From NCBI RefSeq assembly GCF_006345805.1, contig NC_042997.1, forward strand, positions 193,254,001 through 193,318,000: a stretch of 64,000 nucleotides of DNA, read 5' to 3'. This document shows, one piece after another, positions 13,815 to 26,445 of the stretch (its first letter is position 1; each line of letters begins with the position of its first letter). The translations under genes and the position numbers were made by a program. This DNA is from Octopus sinensis. Its lineage: Eukaryota. The notes under the pieces were generated by a model. It saw only the letters and a program-made list of their open reading frames with translations, made no database searches and had not been told where the DNA came from.

Positions 13815-14290
13815 CCATTTAATAAAAAAGAACAAAATAAAATTTTTAACACTAATGTAAAAGCGGTGTTATTGTATTGGGCTGAGACTTGGCGAACAAC
13901 AGTTAAGTCAAATAAGCAAATACAATCATTCATCAACAGATGCTTGCGTAGTATACTTAAAATCAGATGGCCCAAACACATAAGCAATATGGAGCTATGG
14001 CTTAGGGAGCAAATATTTAAGAAACCGTGGAAGTGGATTAGGAGCACAATTAGAAAAGAAACACCAAATGTAGCGAAAACCGTGGAAACCGGATGGATAT
14101 AGAAAGAGAGGTAGGCCTAAGAACTCGTGGCGTAGATCAACACAAAAGGAACTAGAGAAAGGGGGACATTCATGGCAGAGTATAAGTACAGAAGCGAAAA
14201 ATTATGCGACATGGAATTCAACTATAAGTGGCCTATACTCCTCGTTGGAGGGTTAAAGGCAGGAAAAAAAAAAGAAAAAAAGAAAACATA
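13815..14290 (+). mobile_element. RTE-clade LINE 3' fragment with A-rich tail
   Basis: KIFNTNVKAVLLYWAETW...FINRCLRSILKIRWP...GRPKNSWRR typical of the RTE ORF C-terminus. Confidence 0.88.
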
Positions 14291-14555
14291 CTGCACTTAG
14301 CAGAACTCACATAGCTTCTTTCTCAAACAAGTTTTGTTTAATAACTTAATACAATATACGAACAGATAATTTCATTCACATATTCTTAGATGTCACGTTG
14401 CTAAATGAATAAAGTGTTAAACCCTAGGCTTACATCTGCTGCAGGAATTTTGTGGTACCTGTGTGCAAGATGCTTAGTTCTAAATGACTTGCAAATTATA
14501 CCAATTGAAAATGTAACCTATAATAAACTGGTTCTTATCTAGTAGCAGATTTGGT

Positions 14556-14727
14556 GGATCTTTTCGTTTTGCTGAAATGCAAGAAATTAAAGAACAAAAG
14601 CTTACAAACTACAGAATTTTCTCAAGAAAGCCAAGCGAAAAAGATGTTTTATAAATACATTCTACCAGTATACGAAGTTTAAAAGTGTTATTATTTTAAA
14701 AATCTGCTGGTCAAAGCGAAAAGATCC
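14556..14727. mobile_element. MITE with GGATCTTTT TIR and 8-bp TSD (internally deleted)
   Basis: TSD gatttggt/gatttggc; internal sequence shared with 35301-35710. Confidence 0.8.
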
Positions 14728-15059
14728 GATTTGGCTATATTGATACTTCATTGTTACAGAATCCAAAGCTTCACTCAACTTTTTAAGGGTCTCCCTGAAC
14801 AGATGATTTGATATAACAGGTTGATTCAACTCCACATTATTCAAAGTGTTATGAGCAGAGATCACAGCCACATCATAAAATTTTATGTCAGGGACAAGTT
14901 ACCCTGTTATTAAATATACATCACTCCAACCAATTACGTTGAGCACTACTTTCTTCTATTTCTCCACTCACTTGTATATGTGCATGCATATGTGTGTATG
15001 TGTCCAATCAAGATAAAAATTGGAGTTGGTGATTTTACAAACACTCTTCATAATAACAC

Positions 15060-15365
15060 TGGCACTCGGTTGGTTATGGCAATGAGAGTTCGAGTTGATC
15101 CAATCAACAGTACAGCCTGCTCAAGAAATTAATGTGCAAATGGCTGAGCACTCTGCAGACACACGCATCTTTAACATAGTTCTCTGGGAAATTCAGCAAG
15201 ACACAATGTGACAAGGCTGGCCCTTTGAATTACAGAAACAATTCACTTTTGCCAGCTGAGTGAACTGGAGCAACATTAAATAGAGTGTCTTGCTCAAAGA
15301 CACAACACGTCACCAGGAATCAAACTCAAGACCTAACAAGCCAAATACCCTAATCATGAAGCCAC
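15060..15365 (-). mobile_element. tRNA-type SINE (family E)
   Basis: cagctgagtgaactggagcaac...gtcttgctcaa core; homologous to 44470-44785. Confidence 0.75.
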
Positions 15366-15877
15366 AAGTCTTCGCAACATAACACTAACCATTTAACACA
15401 CAAAGTATGACAGTCCACGATTGTGGCCCAGATAGATGCATTTAATTTATGAGCGTTTGTTGAGGTCTAATGTCACTCAAACACTCCGATACTCACCAGA
15501 ATGCAAGAGGACTAATAGTTCAACTAATGACTTTTCAGATGATGTAGAACTTGCCACCATTATATACGAAGAAGATATTTTAACTATTTTTTGTTTTTTA
15601 TGTGTGCATGGTAGTCTCCTTTTCATAAAATTTGCTCAGCAGTTCATGCTATGTAAATGCAAATCCCAGTTCTTTATGAGTTAACTGACAGGAGTTTATT
15701 TTAAATCCAGACAGAAGTAAGTCAAAACTAACTGGTTACCTAAGATCAATTTGTGAAATTTTTGCAACCCAGTTGAGTGTTTATCCTACATATAAAGAAA
15801 TGATTATTACCCCAGTCATTGTTACACTACATACAATCATAACTCAGACCTTAAAATAATTCAAAATCAAATTCGAT

Positions 15878-16413
15878 GACTGGCATCTGTGCTAGCGGGG
15901 TGCAAAGAGCACCATACGAGTGTGATCGATGACAGAGCAGCTAACTGGCTTCTGTGCCAGTGGCACATAAAAGGCACCATTAGAGTGTGATCGTTACCAG
16001 CGTCGCCTTACTGGCACTTGTGCCCGTGCTAGTAGAGTGCCAAGAGAACCATCTGAGCATGATCTTTGCCAGAGCGGCTAACTGGCTTCCGTGTCGGTAG
16101 CACGTAAAAAGCACCATTTGAGCGTGATCGTTACCAGCGTCGCCTTACTGGCACCTGTGCTGGTGGCATGTGTAAAAAGATTCGAGCGAAGTCGTTGCCA
16201 GTATTGCCTGACTGGCCTCGTGCCAGTGGCACATAAAAAGCACCCACTACATTCTCGGAGCAGTTGGCGTTAGGAAGGGCATCCAGCTGTAGAAACTCTG
16301 CCAGATCAAGATTGGAGCCTGGTGCAGCCATCTGGTTCGCCGGCCCTCAGTCAAAATCGTCCAACCCATGCTAGCATGGAAAGCGGACATTAAACAATGA
16401 TGATGATGGTGAT
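15878..16413 (+). mobile_element. SINE family A, long form with internal sub-repeats
   Basis: Repeated gtgccagtggcac/taaaaagcacc modules, then family A 3' end. Confidence 0.85.
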
Positions 16414-16502
16414 GAGTTCATATGACTGTGTAGCTAACCACATGTTCCTCACAACTCGCTGCAACAGAATATAATGAATGAAGAGATGTGTCCAACACTC
16501 AC

Positions 16503-16749
16503 CTGGTCCATCTAAAATGTCTCCATTACACAATCCATTAGAGAGATATCTCTTTACAGGACACCGGACCCGCAACACCAGAACGTAAGACTTGACGGCA
16601 TGTCCGTTGTTATGGTGGAATTGTTCATGAGAAATGGATATGGGTTCTGAATTGTTGGCAGCAGGTTGTATAGATGAGTCCAAATTGTGTGGATTCAGAG
16701 GCACTTCAACTTTGCCAAGCTTAGTTTGTTTTACAGGAGAGGTCACATC
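16503..16749 (-). CDS. SUZ12: SUZ12 exon (247 nt, phase 0 to 1) DVTSPVKQTKLGKVEVPLNP...VKSYVLVLRV...ILDGP
   Basis: Acceptor ttatttctgtag/GAT, donor CCAG/gtgagt; lies in ORF-track entry 16390..16746; matches [20 protein letters not shown] and HMVKSYSLLFRV. Confidence 0.96.
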
Positions 16750-17049
16750 CTACAGAAATAAAACCAAATAAAATATAAAAAGTGTACCAATCACATAAGC
16801 ACTTGAATTATCATGTTTACTATAAAAAGTGTACAGGGAAAGTAAAGAATTCAAGTTACTCGTAATAGTATACTTTACAGCTGAGATATCTTCTCTCTTT
16901 AACAATGCTTTACTGAAAACGTACTTCATATTTTGTACTACGCTTCTCTTTCAGATTACAGCATAATTGTTCATTAACCCATTTTAATCCAGGTTAACCC
17001 TGTTGAAATTTGGAAGATGGTTATATAAATAGGGATAACAGCTTTATTA

Positions 17050-17432
17050 CTATTTTACTTGTTTCAGTCATTTGACTGTGGCCATGCTGGAGCATCACCT
17101 TCTAGTTGAGCAAATCGACCCCAGGACTTATTCTTTGGAAGACTAATACTTATTGTATCGGTCTCTTTTGCTGAATAGCTAAGTTACGGGGACGTAAACA
17201 CACCAGCATCGGTTGTCAAGCAATGTTGTCGGGGACAAACACAGACACACAAACATACACACACACACACAAACAAACACATATACAACGGGCTTCTTTC
17301 AGTTTCCATCTACCAAATCCATTCACAAGGCTTTGATCAGCCCTAGGCTACAGTAGAAGACACTTGCCCAAGGTGCCACGCAGTGGAACTGAACCCGGGA
17401 CCATGTGGTTGGTAAGCAAGCTACTTACCACG
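17050..17432 (-). mobile_element. SINE family B
   Basis: Family B consensus from ttttacttgtttcagtc to cttaccac. Confidence 0.88.
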
Positions 17433-17785
17433 ACATGCTTTCTGTTTGCCAATTTTCACTTTTTGCTCAAGATTAAACCCAGTACCATAGAGTTACAAAG
17501 CAAACTTCCTACCACAACCATGTCTAACATTAATTGTATCCGAAGTTGATCAAACAGGATTATTTTTCTAAGATTATTTCCCCAATTTTTGAGATATTCA
17601 ATGAAGTTCAATGCTAATACTACTCGCGTGATGATTAGCATGAGTTTCATAAAAAATAAATTGCAATTAACACCCTAGCCTGAGAGGCAAAAATGGAAAT
17701 ATATTTACAGAAGAAAATGATGATGATGATTAACAACAACAATAACACAAATGAACAAATATAATCGTAAAAATATAAATAATAC

Positions 17786-17853
17786 CTTTCGTTTTTTATG
17801 ACAAATTTTTAGCAACAAAACTTCTACTTCAACAGTTTCGACATCTGAAGAAG
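17786..17853 (-). CDS. SUZ12: SUZ12 exon (68 nt, phase 1 to 0) (A)SSDVETVEVEVLLLKICHKKRK
   Basis: Acceptor aatttcag/CT, donor AAG/gtatta; matches EVLLVKVCHKKRK. Confidence 0.95.
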
Positions 17854-17975
17854 CTGAAATTAAAATCACAGTGATAAAATATTAATGGATCTCTTATAAA
17901 GGCATCTCATACATGAAAATTAAGCTTTTGGCAGGAAATTTCCAATTTTATAGAATAATTACCGACAAGCAATTA

Positions 17976-18477
17976 CCGTAAATCCTCAAGTATAATACGC
18001 AGGGGATTTTTAGGTGGCTGTACTTCTGAAAAACCTAAACCTTGTGTATAATATACATCACTTCTCTAATGTGAGCCGTGTGTAATTAAGCCAGCAACAC
18101 CTAATCGAACAAACACTTCCGCGCATGCATAATACAATAATGGTGATGTTCTTAACTGTTATATGGGAATGTAAATATGTTTGCAAATTGTTTTTGTTAT
18201 GTGTTATTCTGTGTTCTGAATACTTTTATTTTAATAAATGTTGCTTACTGCAAGTTATGGATGATTCTTTTAAGACTTGATTGCTTTCAGGCTTAGCTTA
18301 AGGTATTTTCATGCCGATCACAAAATGTGTCTGAATAAACATTGCCGGACAGCAAATAGAGACTCGGACATTGCTTAGAAAATATTTTTCATTTTTAACC
18401 TCATATATAGTAGGCACTAGGGATTTTGACCTTTAAATTTTGGGTAAAAAGTGCAGATTATACTCAAGGATTTACGG
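17976..18477. mobile_element. Non-autonomous pogo/Tc2-like DNA transposon
   Basis: TA/ccgtaaatcctcaagtataa...ttatactcaaggatttacgg/TA. Confidence 0.88.
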
Positions 18478-18638
18478 TACATCAAGTTAAATAGTCCCAT
18501 TTATACATATACATACATTGATATAATTCTTAAACAAGAATGTTACTGACTTTCACCCAGCTAAACCATCGTCGAACAGCTTATAAAATTCTACAGATAT
18601 GAACAAATTCTAAACAATAACAATAAATATATATATAT

Positions 18639-18850
18639 AATTTAATCAATAAAAATTTCTCCAAAACACTTCTCTATTACAACCCATCCTACAACCTAAT
18701 CACTACTCTACTAAAACCCAGACACCCAAAAATATTTTAACTCTACAGAGACTATATAAAGCCAAGATTAAATTCAATGCATCGCAGTCTGAAGATGGCT
18801 TAGCTGGCCAAAATTTCAAATTTACTGTCAATAATATTCTTGTTTAAGAA
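18639..18850 (+). mobile_element. Penelope-like element terminal fragment with decayed hammerhead motif
   Basis: First 155 bp duplicated at 20059-20213; ends in gcagt-CTGAAGA-t-ggc..gcc-aaaa-tttcaaa-ttt-actgt. Confidence 0.5.
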
Positions 18851-19388
18851 AAATAAATTTGTACTCTACAAAAGTACAGAGCAGCCGATCATTAATATAA
18901 AATTGTTTTTATTCTAACTGAATATAAGAACAAGTATTAATACCCCCTACCACCTATGTGCTAGTATTTCATGAGTCACCCAAGTGATCCATTCAACCAA
19001 CAACCATTCTGCCACAGGTCTGTTTTATCAAAAGCCAATCATGGTTCCCTGTTCAACAAAAACTTATGGATCCCCATAGTTATTCAATGTTTAAAAAAAT
19101 TCTGTTATATTTTCATACTTAAATATTATTAGAAATTGTATAAAAAGTTGTTAAAATATTTTGTGTTGTAGAAATTTAACTATTTCAATGGACATCCAAG
19201 GGCTAGACTTTTGCATATTAAAGGGTAAAGACTCTTTGGTCAAGAATGACTATGGGATTGCACCTAATAAGTTCCCCTCCAAGGGGCAAGTTCAGGTAAG
19301 GTTGTTTATGGAAGATCAGCAGTCGTCCATGCATATCAGTCTCCTCTTTCCAAGCCACCGATGTTGTCTAAGGGAAAGATAAATATAT

Positions 19389-19615
19389 ATTTCTGTATTG
19401 CCCATAGGGGGTTAAACATAGAAAGGACAAACAAGGACAAAGGGATTAAGTCGATTACATCGACCTCAGTGCGAAACTGGTACTTTATTTATCGACCCCG
19501 AAAGGATGAAAGGCAAAGTCGACCTTGGCGGAATTTGAACTCAGAACGTAATGACAGACGAAATACCGCTAAGCATTTCGCCCGGCGCGCTAACGTGTCT
19601 GCCAGCTCACTGCCA
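19389..19615 (-). mobile_element. SINE family C
   Basis: gacaaacaaggac...tcgaccccgaaaggatgaaaggc...gaatttgaactc...ctgccagctc. Confidence 0.88.
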
Positions 19616-20058
19616 AAAAGGTCAATATAGCTTCATACCAATGATATCGCAACTCATTTCTACAGATGAGTGAACTGGGGCAACGTGAAAGAAAGTGTGT
19701 TACTCAAGATCACAACACATAGACCGGTCCAGGAATCAAACTCACCAATTCGTGATTGTGAGCACGACTTATTTTATCAAAATTTAGAAAAACCATCAGT
19801 TGGAATTTTTTAGAATCAGTACTTAACAGAAATAACAAATAATGAACTGACATAATGAGATTTGGTGAGGAAATGAATATCATTGGTTTTTAAAAAATCC
19901 AACAGAATATGAAACCTGGTGATTTTTTTTTTTTTTTTTTTGCATGGCTTGTTATCTTACACATGCACTTGGGATAAGGGAAAGTGGTTGCCTTAAATTT
20001 GAGCCCTCATCAAAAGAGATACTTTATAAGAACTGAAATATAATATACAACCTCTAAC

Positions 20059-20213
20059 AATTTAATCAATAAAAATTCCTCCAAAACACTTCTCTATCAC
20101 AACTCATCCTACAACCTAATCACTACTCTACTAAAACCCAGACACCCAAAGAAGATTTTAACTCTACAGAGACTATATAAGCCAAGATTAAATTCAATGC
20201 ATCGCAGTCTGAA
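20059..20213 (+). repeat. Second copy of 18639-18793
   Basis: About 95% identical by eye; stops at gtctgaa. Confidence 0.9.
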
Positions 20214-20844
20214 AAAGGAAAAGCGGTGAAAAGACGCACCTGAAATTTAAGCATAGAAAGTACACAATCTCCGAAGTTGCTTTTACAATAAAACTGTACT
20301 ATATTTCTGAGAACAGAAAAATAGATCCAATATTTTTAACATATGATTATACAAATTGATTTTTAAAAAGGAAATAAATAGAAGCATTTTACTGCAACAG
20401 TAAACTACATCCAAAAGAAAAGAAAGAAAAAAAAAAAATGACTCCAGTTAACTATTATGGCAGCTGACAATGTCAATAGGATACACACCTGCTGACCTAC
20501 AGATAATTTCTAACTGGCCATCAGCGGAGTAATGAGGACTTATCTCTGACTGGCTTAGCTTAGCCATTAGCTCTGATATGAAGTTATTGACTTTAGCAAT
20601 AAACAGCAGAGTCATAGCATGATTGAGTATTTTGTTATCTTGTCTAGCTAGGATGAAATCCTTTCACAAAACCCAGAGACACCAGCAACAAACTACTCAA
20701 AAAAAAAAAAAAAAAAAAAAAAAACCTCTCTCTTTTAAGTCATTGAGAAAAAGTCATTATTGTGACTTGACTGCATAATCAACTACAAGAAAATATATGA
20801 AAATTATTTATAAGAGACATATAATAAGTTACATCAAATCTTAC

Positions 20845-20897
20845 CTTGTTTATCAAAAAAGCCTGAGAACTCAATATTCATAAATTCTGATTTGTAC
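20845..20897 (-). CDS. SUZ12: SUZ12 exon (53 nt, phase 2 to 1) YKSEFMNIEFSGFFDKQ
   Basis: Acceptor actttcag/G, donor CAAG/gtaaga; FSGFF matches the LTFTGFF motif. Confidence 0.93.
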
Positions 20898-20994
20898 CTG
20901 AAAGTTTAACAAGACGTGGCATTACTAACAAGGCTATTTCAACAAGCTACACAACATTAGCCCCCCACCTCATAAAAATGAAGGTAAAAATATA

Positions 20995-21094
20995 TATTTC
21001 TTTACTACCCACAAGGGGCTAAACACAGAGGGGACAAACAAGGACAGACAAAGGGATTAAGTCGATCACATCGACCCCGAGAGCTCGCCGCCTT
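20995..21094 (-). mobile_element. Internally deleted SINE C with 23-bp TSD
   Basis: ataaaaatgaaggtaaaaatata at 20972-20994 and 21095-21117. Confidence 0.9.
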
Positions 21095-21591
21095 ATAAAA
21101 ATGAAGGTAAAAATATAGTATAATCTAAATAGCATGTTATGTTAAAGAAAATCTATACAGTCTGCATGTGCATATGCAAAGAAAGAAATAGTAAAGAGAT
21201 GAATATTTATAAGCATAATCCAAATGTAAGATAGCCGATATCTCCATAGTACAATGGTTGGTCAAATCTATTTCTAGTAAGGAAGTTTTATTCTTTTTTC
21301 TTTGAATGTATTACACATAAATCTATAATAATAGTCGAATAAATCAATCTGTCTGTCATCTAATTCCTTGTTTATGTTATTCTCTCACAGGTTTCAATCA
21401 CTGGATGGTCTCCTTGATAGGGCATCACCTTCAAAGGTTTACTGGAACGTATCACTTCTAGAACCTGGCTTTTAAATCTGGTACTTACTTCACTTATCTC
21501 CATTTGCTGAACTGCTACATCACAGAACATAAATATAAACATTCACTCACACACATGTACGAAAGGCTTATGTACTGTTTCCATCTGTGGA

Positions 21592-21894
21592 GGCGCAATG
21601 GCCCAGTGTTTAGTGCAGCAGACTCACAGTCGGAGGATTGCGGTTTCGATTCCCAGACCGGGCGTTATGTGTGTTTATTGAGCAAAAACACCTAAGGGTC
21701 CACGAGGCTCCGGCAGTGGGTGGTGGTGACCCCTGTTGTACTCTTTCGTCCCAACTTTCTCTCACTCTCTCTTCCTGTTTCTTGAGTAACACTGTGATGG
21801 ACTAGTGTCCCGTCCAGCTAGGGGGAACACATACGCCACAGAAACCAGGCCCATGAGCCTGGCTAGGCTTGAAAAGGGCGCATAAATAAATAAA
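21592..21894 (+). mobile_element. tRNA-derived SINE (family D), near full length
   Basis: ggcgcaatggcccagtg...ggtttcgattcc head, gatggactagtgtcccgtccag 3' domain, (taaa)n tail. Confidence 0.85.
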
Positions 21895-23740
21895 CTGTTT
21901 GTATCTACCAAATTTCACTTGTACTATAGAATCTAGTTGGCCAATTCTTTTGAAGGTGCCATGCAATGGGATTGAACCTAAAACCACATGGCAGCAAAGC
22001 AAACTTCTTAATCATAGCCATGCTTATAATTCTAAAATTTATGAACAAATATTTTTACATTATGTTGGGTTTCTTAATCTTCTAATAATGGGGAAGTATA
22101 TAAGACAGTTTTCTTGTCAACTAATGTCTCTACCAAATTACATGATTAATTACATGACACTTTAATGAGGAGGTGCTTGTCTTAGTGGTTAGGATGTTAG
22201 ACTCATGATCATAAGATTGTGGTTTCAATTCCTGGACCAGGCAATACATCATGTCCTTGAGCAAAACACTTAATTTAATGTTGCTCCAGCCCACTCAGCT
22301 GATAAAAATGAATAGTCGTTCAATGAACCAGTATCCCATTCAGGGAAGAGTATATACACATAAGGAAAACCAAGCCAGCCCTATGCTCCCTTATGGAATT
22401 ATGTGGACTAGGAGTCCAGTAGTAATTCGATCATTAGCAAAGTACTCTATGCTCTTACCTTCTATAAAATGGCATTAACACGACCAATTATCACTTCATC
22501 TTGAAAGTAATCATGAAGGTCTAGAAATGGTTTCTACGGCTTGATACCCTTCCTAACATCAATTGCTTCGGTGTACAGGATGTCTTTTTTTTCCTCCCTC
22601 TTGGTACTGGTACTAGTGAGGTCCCCAAATAACTCAGAGACAAGACCCCCACCTCAACTGAGTTGGGTGCAGTGGCTTTCTGTCAGGTGACGTGAGGTTA
22701 AAGTATGAATAGAAGGACAGAAACAGGTGTCTTGTAGTAGAGAAAATACATGGCTACCCCAGTTGGAAAAAAGAGAGATATTATGGTAAAGAGGTGTCAA
22801 GGCATCCCTACAAGTTACAGAAAGATGAATATAAGGGAAGTGGCCCAGAGGATTGGACAGGGTGAAAGGGTAGGAAAGTCCATGAGAGTGTGTGCAGGTG
22901 ATCATCATTTAATGTCTCTTTTCCATACTGGCATGGGTTGGATGGTTTGACAGCAGCTGGTGAGCCAGAGGCCGACACTAAGCTCCACTGTCTGATTTGG
23001 TATGGATTTTACAGCTGGATACCCTTCCTAATGCCAACCACTTTATAGAACAGACTTGATGCTTTTTATGTGGCATCAGCACCAGCAAGGTCTGCTTTAG
23101 CATTCTTTTTTTGTTTTTTGTTTTTTATGCCTGGATGCCCTTCCATGCTTGCACAGATTGGAATCTATTGCCTTTTTTAACTTTGAATTTTTGCAACCAG
23201 CCCATGTCTCATTCATCAGGTCTCAGACTGATTACAACTGCATCACCTTTCAGATTTTTCAATCCAGAAATACTATTTGTATGTTCCACAGTTTATAAAT
23301 ACTTAAAATCTCTGAAGACAATAATCTCGGTCAAGCACTGACAGAAGAGCCTCTACATTGCATTTAATTTGTTCAATGTAGCACTCAAGTTTCTCTAAAC
23401 AGATTTCTCTCTTTCAAAATGCAAACCAGATGTTGTCAAACATTATTGTAAAGCTGTCCCCCAAAAATTATCTCTCTCAATATTTCATTAACCGAAGATT
23501 ATTTATTCATTCATACAAAGGTCAGGTGTAGCCATGTGATTAAGATGTACGTTTCTTAATCACATAGACTCTGATTCAGTGCCATGGTGTTGCACCTTGA
23601 GCAAGTGCTGACGGATTTGGTAGACTGAAAGAAGCTCATTGTGTATGCATGCATGCATTTTTTTGTCTTGACATCACGTGACAGTTGTAAAGGAGTTGCT
23701 GTCATAGAGGCAATGCCATTCATTTACATGAGAAAAGTGT

Positions 23741-24339
23741 CTGGCCATAGGGAATTATTTTGCTTGGAAACAGGTGAGAGTTAGCAACAGGAATGGCACC
23801 TGGCCATACAGAATTATTTTGCTTGGAAACAGATGAGGGTTAGCAACAGGAATGACACCTGGCCATACGGAATTATTTTGCTTGGAAACAGGTGAGAGTT
23901 AGCAACAGGAATGGCACCTGGCCATACGGAATTATTTTGCTTGTAAACAGGTGAGGGTTAGCAACAGGAATGACACCTGGCCATACGGAATTATTTTGCT
24001 TGTAAACAGGTGAGGGTTAGCAACAGGAATGACACCTGGCCATACAGAATTATTTTGCTTGGAAACAGGTGAGGGTTAGCAACAGGAATGACACCTGGCC
24101 ATACGGAATTATTTTGCTTGGAAACAGGTGAGGGTTAGCAACAGGAATGACACCTGGCCATACAGAATTATTTTGCTTGGAAACAGGTGAGGGTTAGCAA
24201 CAGGAATGACACCTGGCCATACGGAATTATTTTGCTTGTAAACAGATGAGGGTTAGCAACAGGAATGACACCTGGCCATACGGAATTATTTTGCTTGGAA
24301 ACAGGTGAGGGTTAGCAACAGGAATGACACCTGGCCATA
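23741..24339. repeat. 59-bp minisatellite, 10 units
   Basis: ctggccata recurs every 59 bp from 23741 to 24331; no unique spacers. Confidence 0.97.
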
Positions 24340-24682
24340 GAAAATCTTCTTCAGTAAACTTTGTCTGACCCATGCAAGCATGGAAATGCAGACATTAAAA
24401 TGATGAATGAACAAGTAAAAACTGTTGAGACTCCTTGAACATCAAACATAGTATTAATGTAGGTATTGAAAGAATAGCGATACAGGCAACCTCCATATTA
24501 TAGAGGTGTCGAGGTTATAAAATATTTTGCTATGATGTGGAGTTCTATAAGAGTAAAACATTTTTCCCATTAATTTCCATATTCAGTGATGGTCACACAA
24601 CAGAGAAGTCGATGGGAAAATAAAGTTTTGTGTTATAGAGCCATAAATCATGTTTTACTTTGTGAAATATAGGTGTAAAAAG

Positions 24683-25045
24683 TGGCTATGTGGTAAGTAG
24701 CTTGCTAACCAACCACATGGTTCTGGGCTCAGTCCCACTGCATGGCACCTTGGGCAAGTGTCTTCTACTATAGCCTCAGACCGACGGAAACTGAAAGCCC
24801 ATCGTATATATGTATATATATATATGTGTGTGTGTGTGTGTTTATATATTTGTGTATCTGTGTTTGTCCCCCCCAACATCTCTTGACAACTGATGCTGGT
24901 GTGTTTACGTCCATGTAACTTAGCGGTTCGGCAAAAGAGACCGATATGCTTACAAAAAAAGTCCTGGGGTCGATTTGCTCAACTAAAGGTGGTGCTCCAG
25001 CATGGCCACAGTCAAATGACTGAAACAAGTAAAAGAGTAAAGAGC
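24683..25045 (+). mobile_element. SINE family B
   Basis: gtggctatgtggtaagtagc...gactgaaacaagtaaaagagtaaag. Confidence 0.88.
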
Positions 25046-26179
25046 ATAATGCTTATCTATTCGCATTATTTTGAATTACTCATGAAATGTCACAGCTTTC
25101 AGATTCCAGTGAGGTGAAATGTATATTTTTTGAATGACATTGTAGGGTAAGTGTGAGAAGCCAGATCTGACTTGTTAAAATGCTAAAGGGTTACAGCAAC
25201 TTACAATGTTGATTGTTGAATAAATCAGCCTGACTTTTAATTCTAACAAGAGACGGTAAAGTTGAACCAACTAGATTGACAACAGCTGTGACTACAAGAG
25301 GTATTTTTTTTTACTTCTAGGCCAGCTATATATGAAGGAAAAACAAAAAAAAAAAAAACCAAGTGTGGCAATCAATCTTTTTTTTTTCTTTTTGTTGTGT
25401 CCTAAATGGGTTTTTAAATATAAAATTTTTTTAAAAATTTTTTTCTTTTCGTTTCTTCTGGGAAGAAAATTTTAAACTGTGGCCATGCTGGGGCACCACC
25501 ATGAAGAGTTTACTCGAACAAATTTATGTTGGTACTTATTCTATCAGTCTTTTCTGCTGAGCTGCTAAGTTATGAAGGTGTAAGTAAACCAACACTGGTT
25601 GTCAAGCAATGTGTGTGTGTGTTTATGGGTGAGCAAAGACACACACATACATATTTATACATATATGGTCTTCTATATAGTTTCTGCCCACCAAATTCAC
25701 TCACATTGGCCAGGGGATAAAGACACTTGCCCAAGGTACCACATAGTAGGACTGAACCCAAAATCAAATGGTTGAAAATGAGCCTCTAATCACAGCCATA
25801 ACTGCCTCTATACTCTATATTCTGTCACATTCTTTCACTCTAATCAAGTAATGATTCCTCATTCCATGTTTTCTCTTCTCCAGGAAAAAAAAAAAAAAAG
25901 AAATTGTTTTTGAAAGTGGGAGGTGAATTTTCCAATCCTTATTGCTATCGGGAATTCATAACTGCCATCAACATCATTTAATATCCGTTTTCCATGCTGG
26001 TATGGGTTGGACGGCTTGACAGGAGCTCACATGGCCAGGGGTCGCACATGGTACCATACTCAGTTTTGATTTGGTTTCTGCAGCTGGATGCCAATCCTGA
26101 TGCCAACCGTTTTACAGAGTTTACAGGTACTTTTTACGTGGCACCACCATGTAAAAAGTCTATTATAAGCATCCTTGAC

Positions 26180-26445
26180 TTCTGTGCAGGTGGCATGTAA
26201 AAAAACACCATTTTCAAGCGTGGCTATTGCCAGTACCACCCGACTGGCCCTGTGCTGGTGGCACTTTAAAAGCACCCACTACACTATCGAGGTGGTTGGC
26301 ATTAAGAAGGGCATCTGGCTGTAGAAACTCTGCCAGATCAGATTGGAGCCTGACACAGCCATCTGGTTCACCAGTCCTCAGTCAAATCGTCCAAACCATG
26401 CTAGCATGGAAAGCGAACGTTAAACGATGATGATGATGATGAAGA
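26180..26445 (+). mobile_element. SINE family A, within a cluster of A copies at 25975-26930
   Basis: Family A body and (GAT)n tail. Confidence 0.82.

Noticed and set aside
13584-14102. 172-aa + strand ORF as a gene
   Set aside because: Chimera of the antisense of a SUZ12 exon and an RTE LINE frame
14662-14900. Coding-looking minus frame FYDVAVISAHNTLNN...MKYQY
   Set aside because: No usable in-phase acceptor, interrupted by a MITE, no recognisable homology
23741-24339. Possible CRISPR array
   Set aside because: Units are fully repeated with no unique spacers; eukaryotic intron; derived from a SINE body
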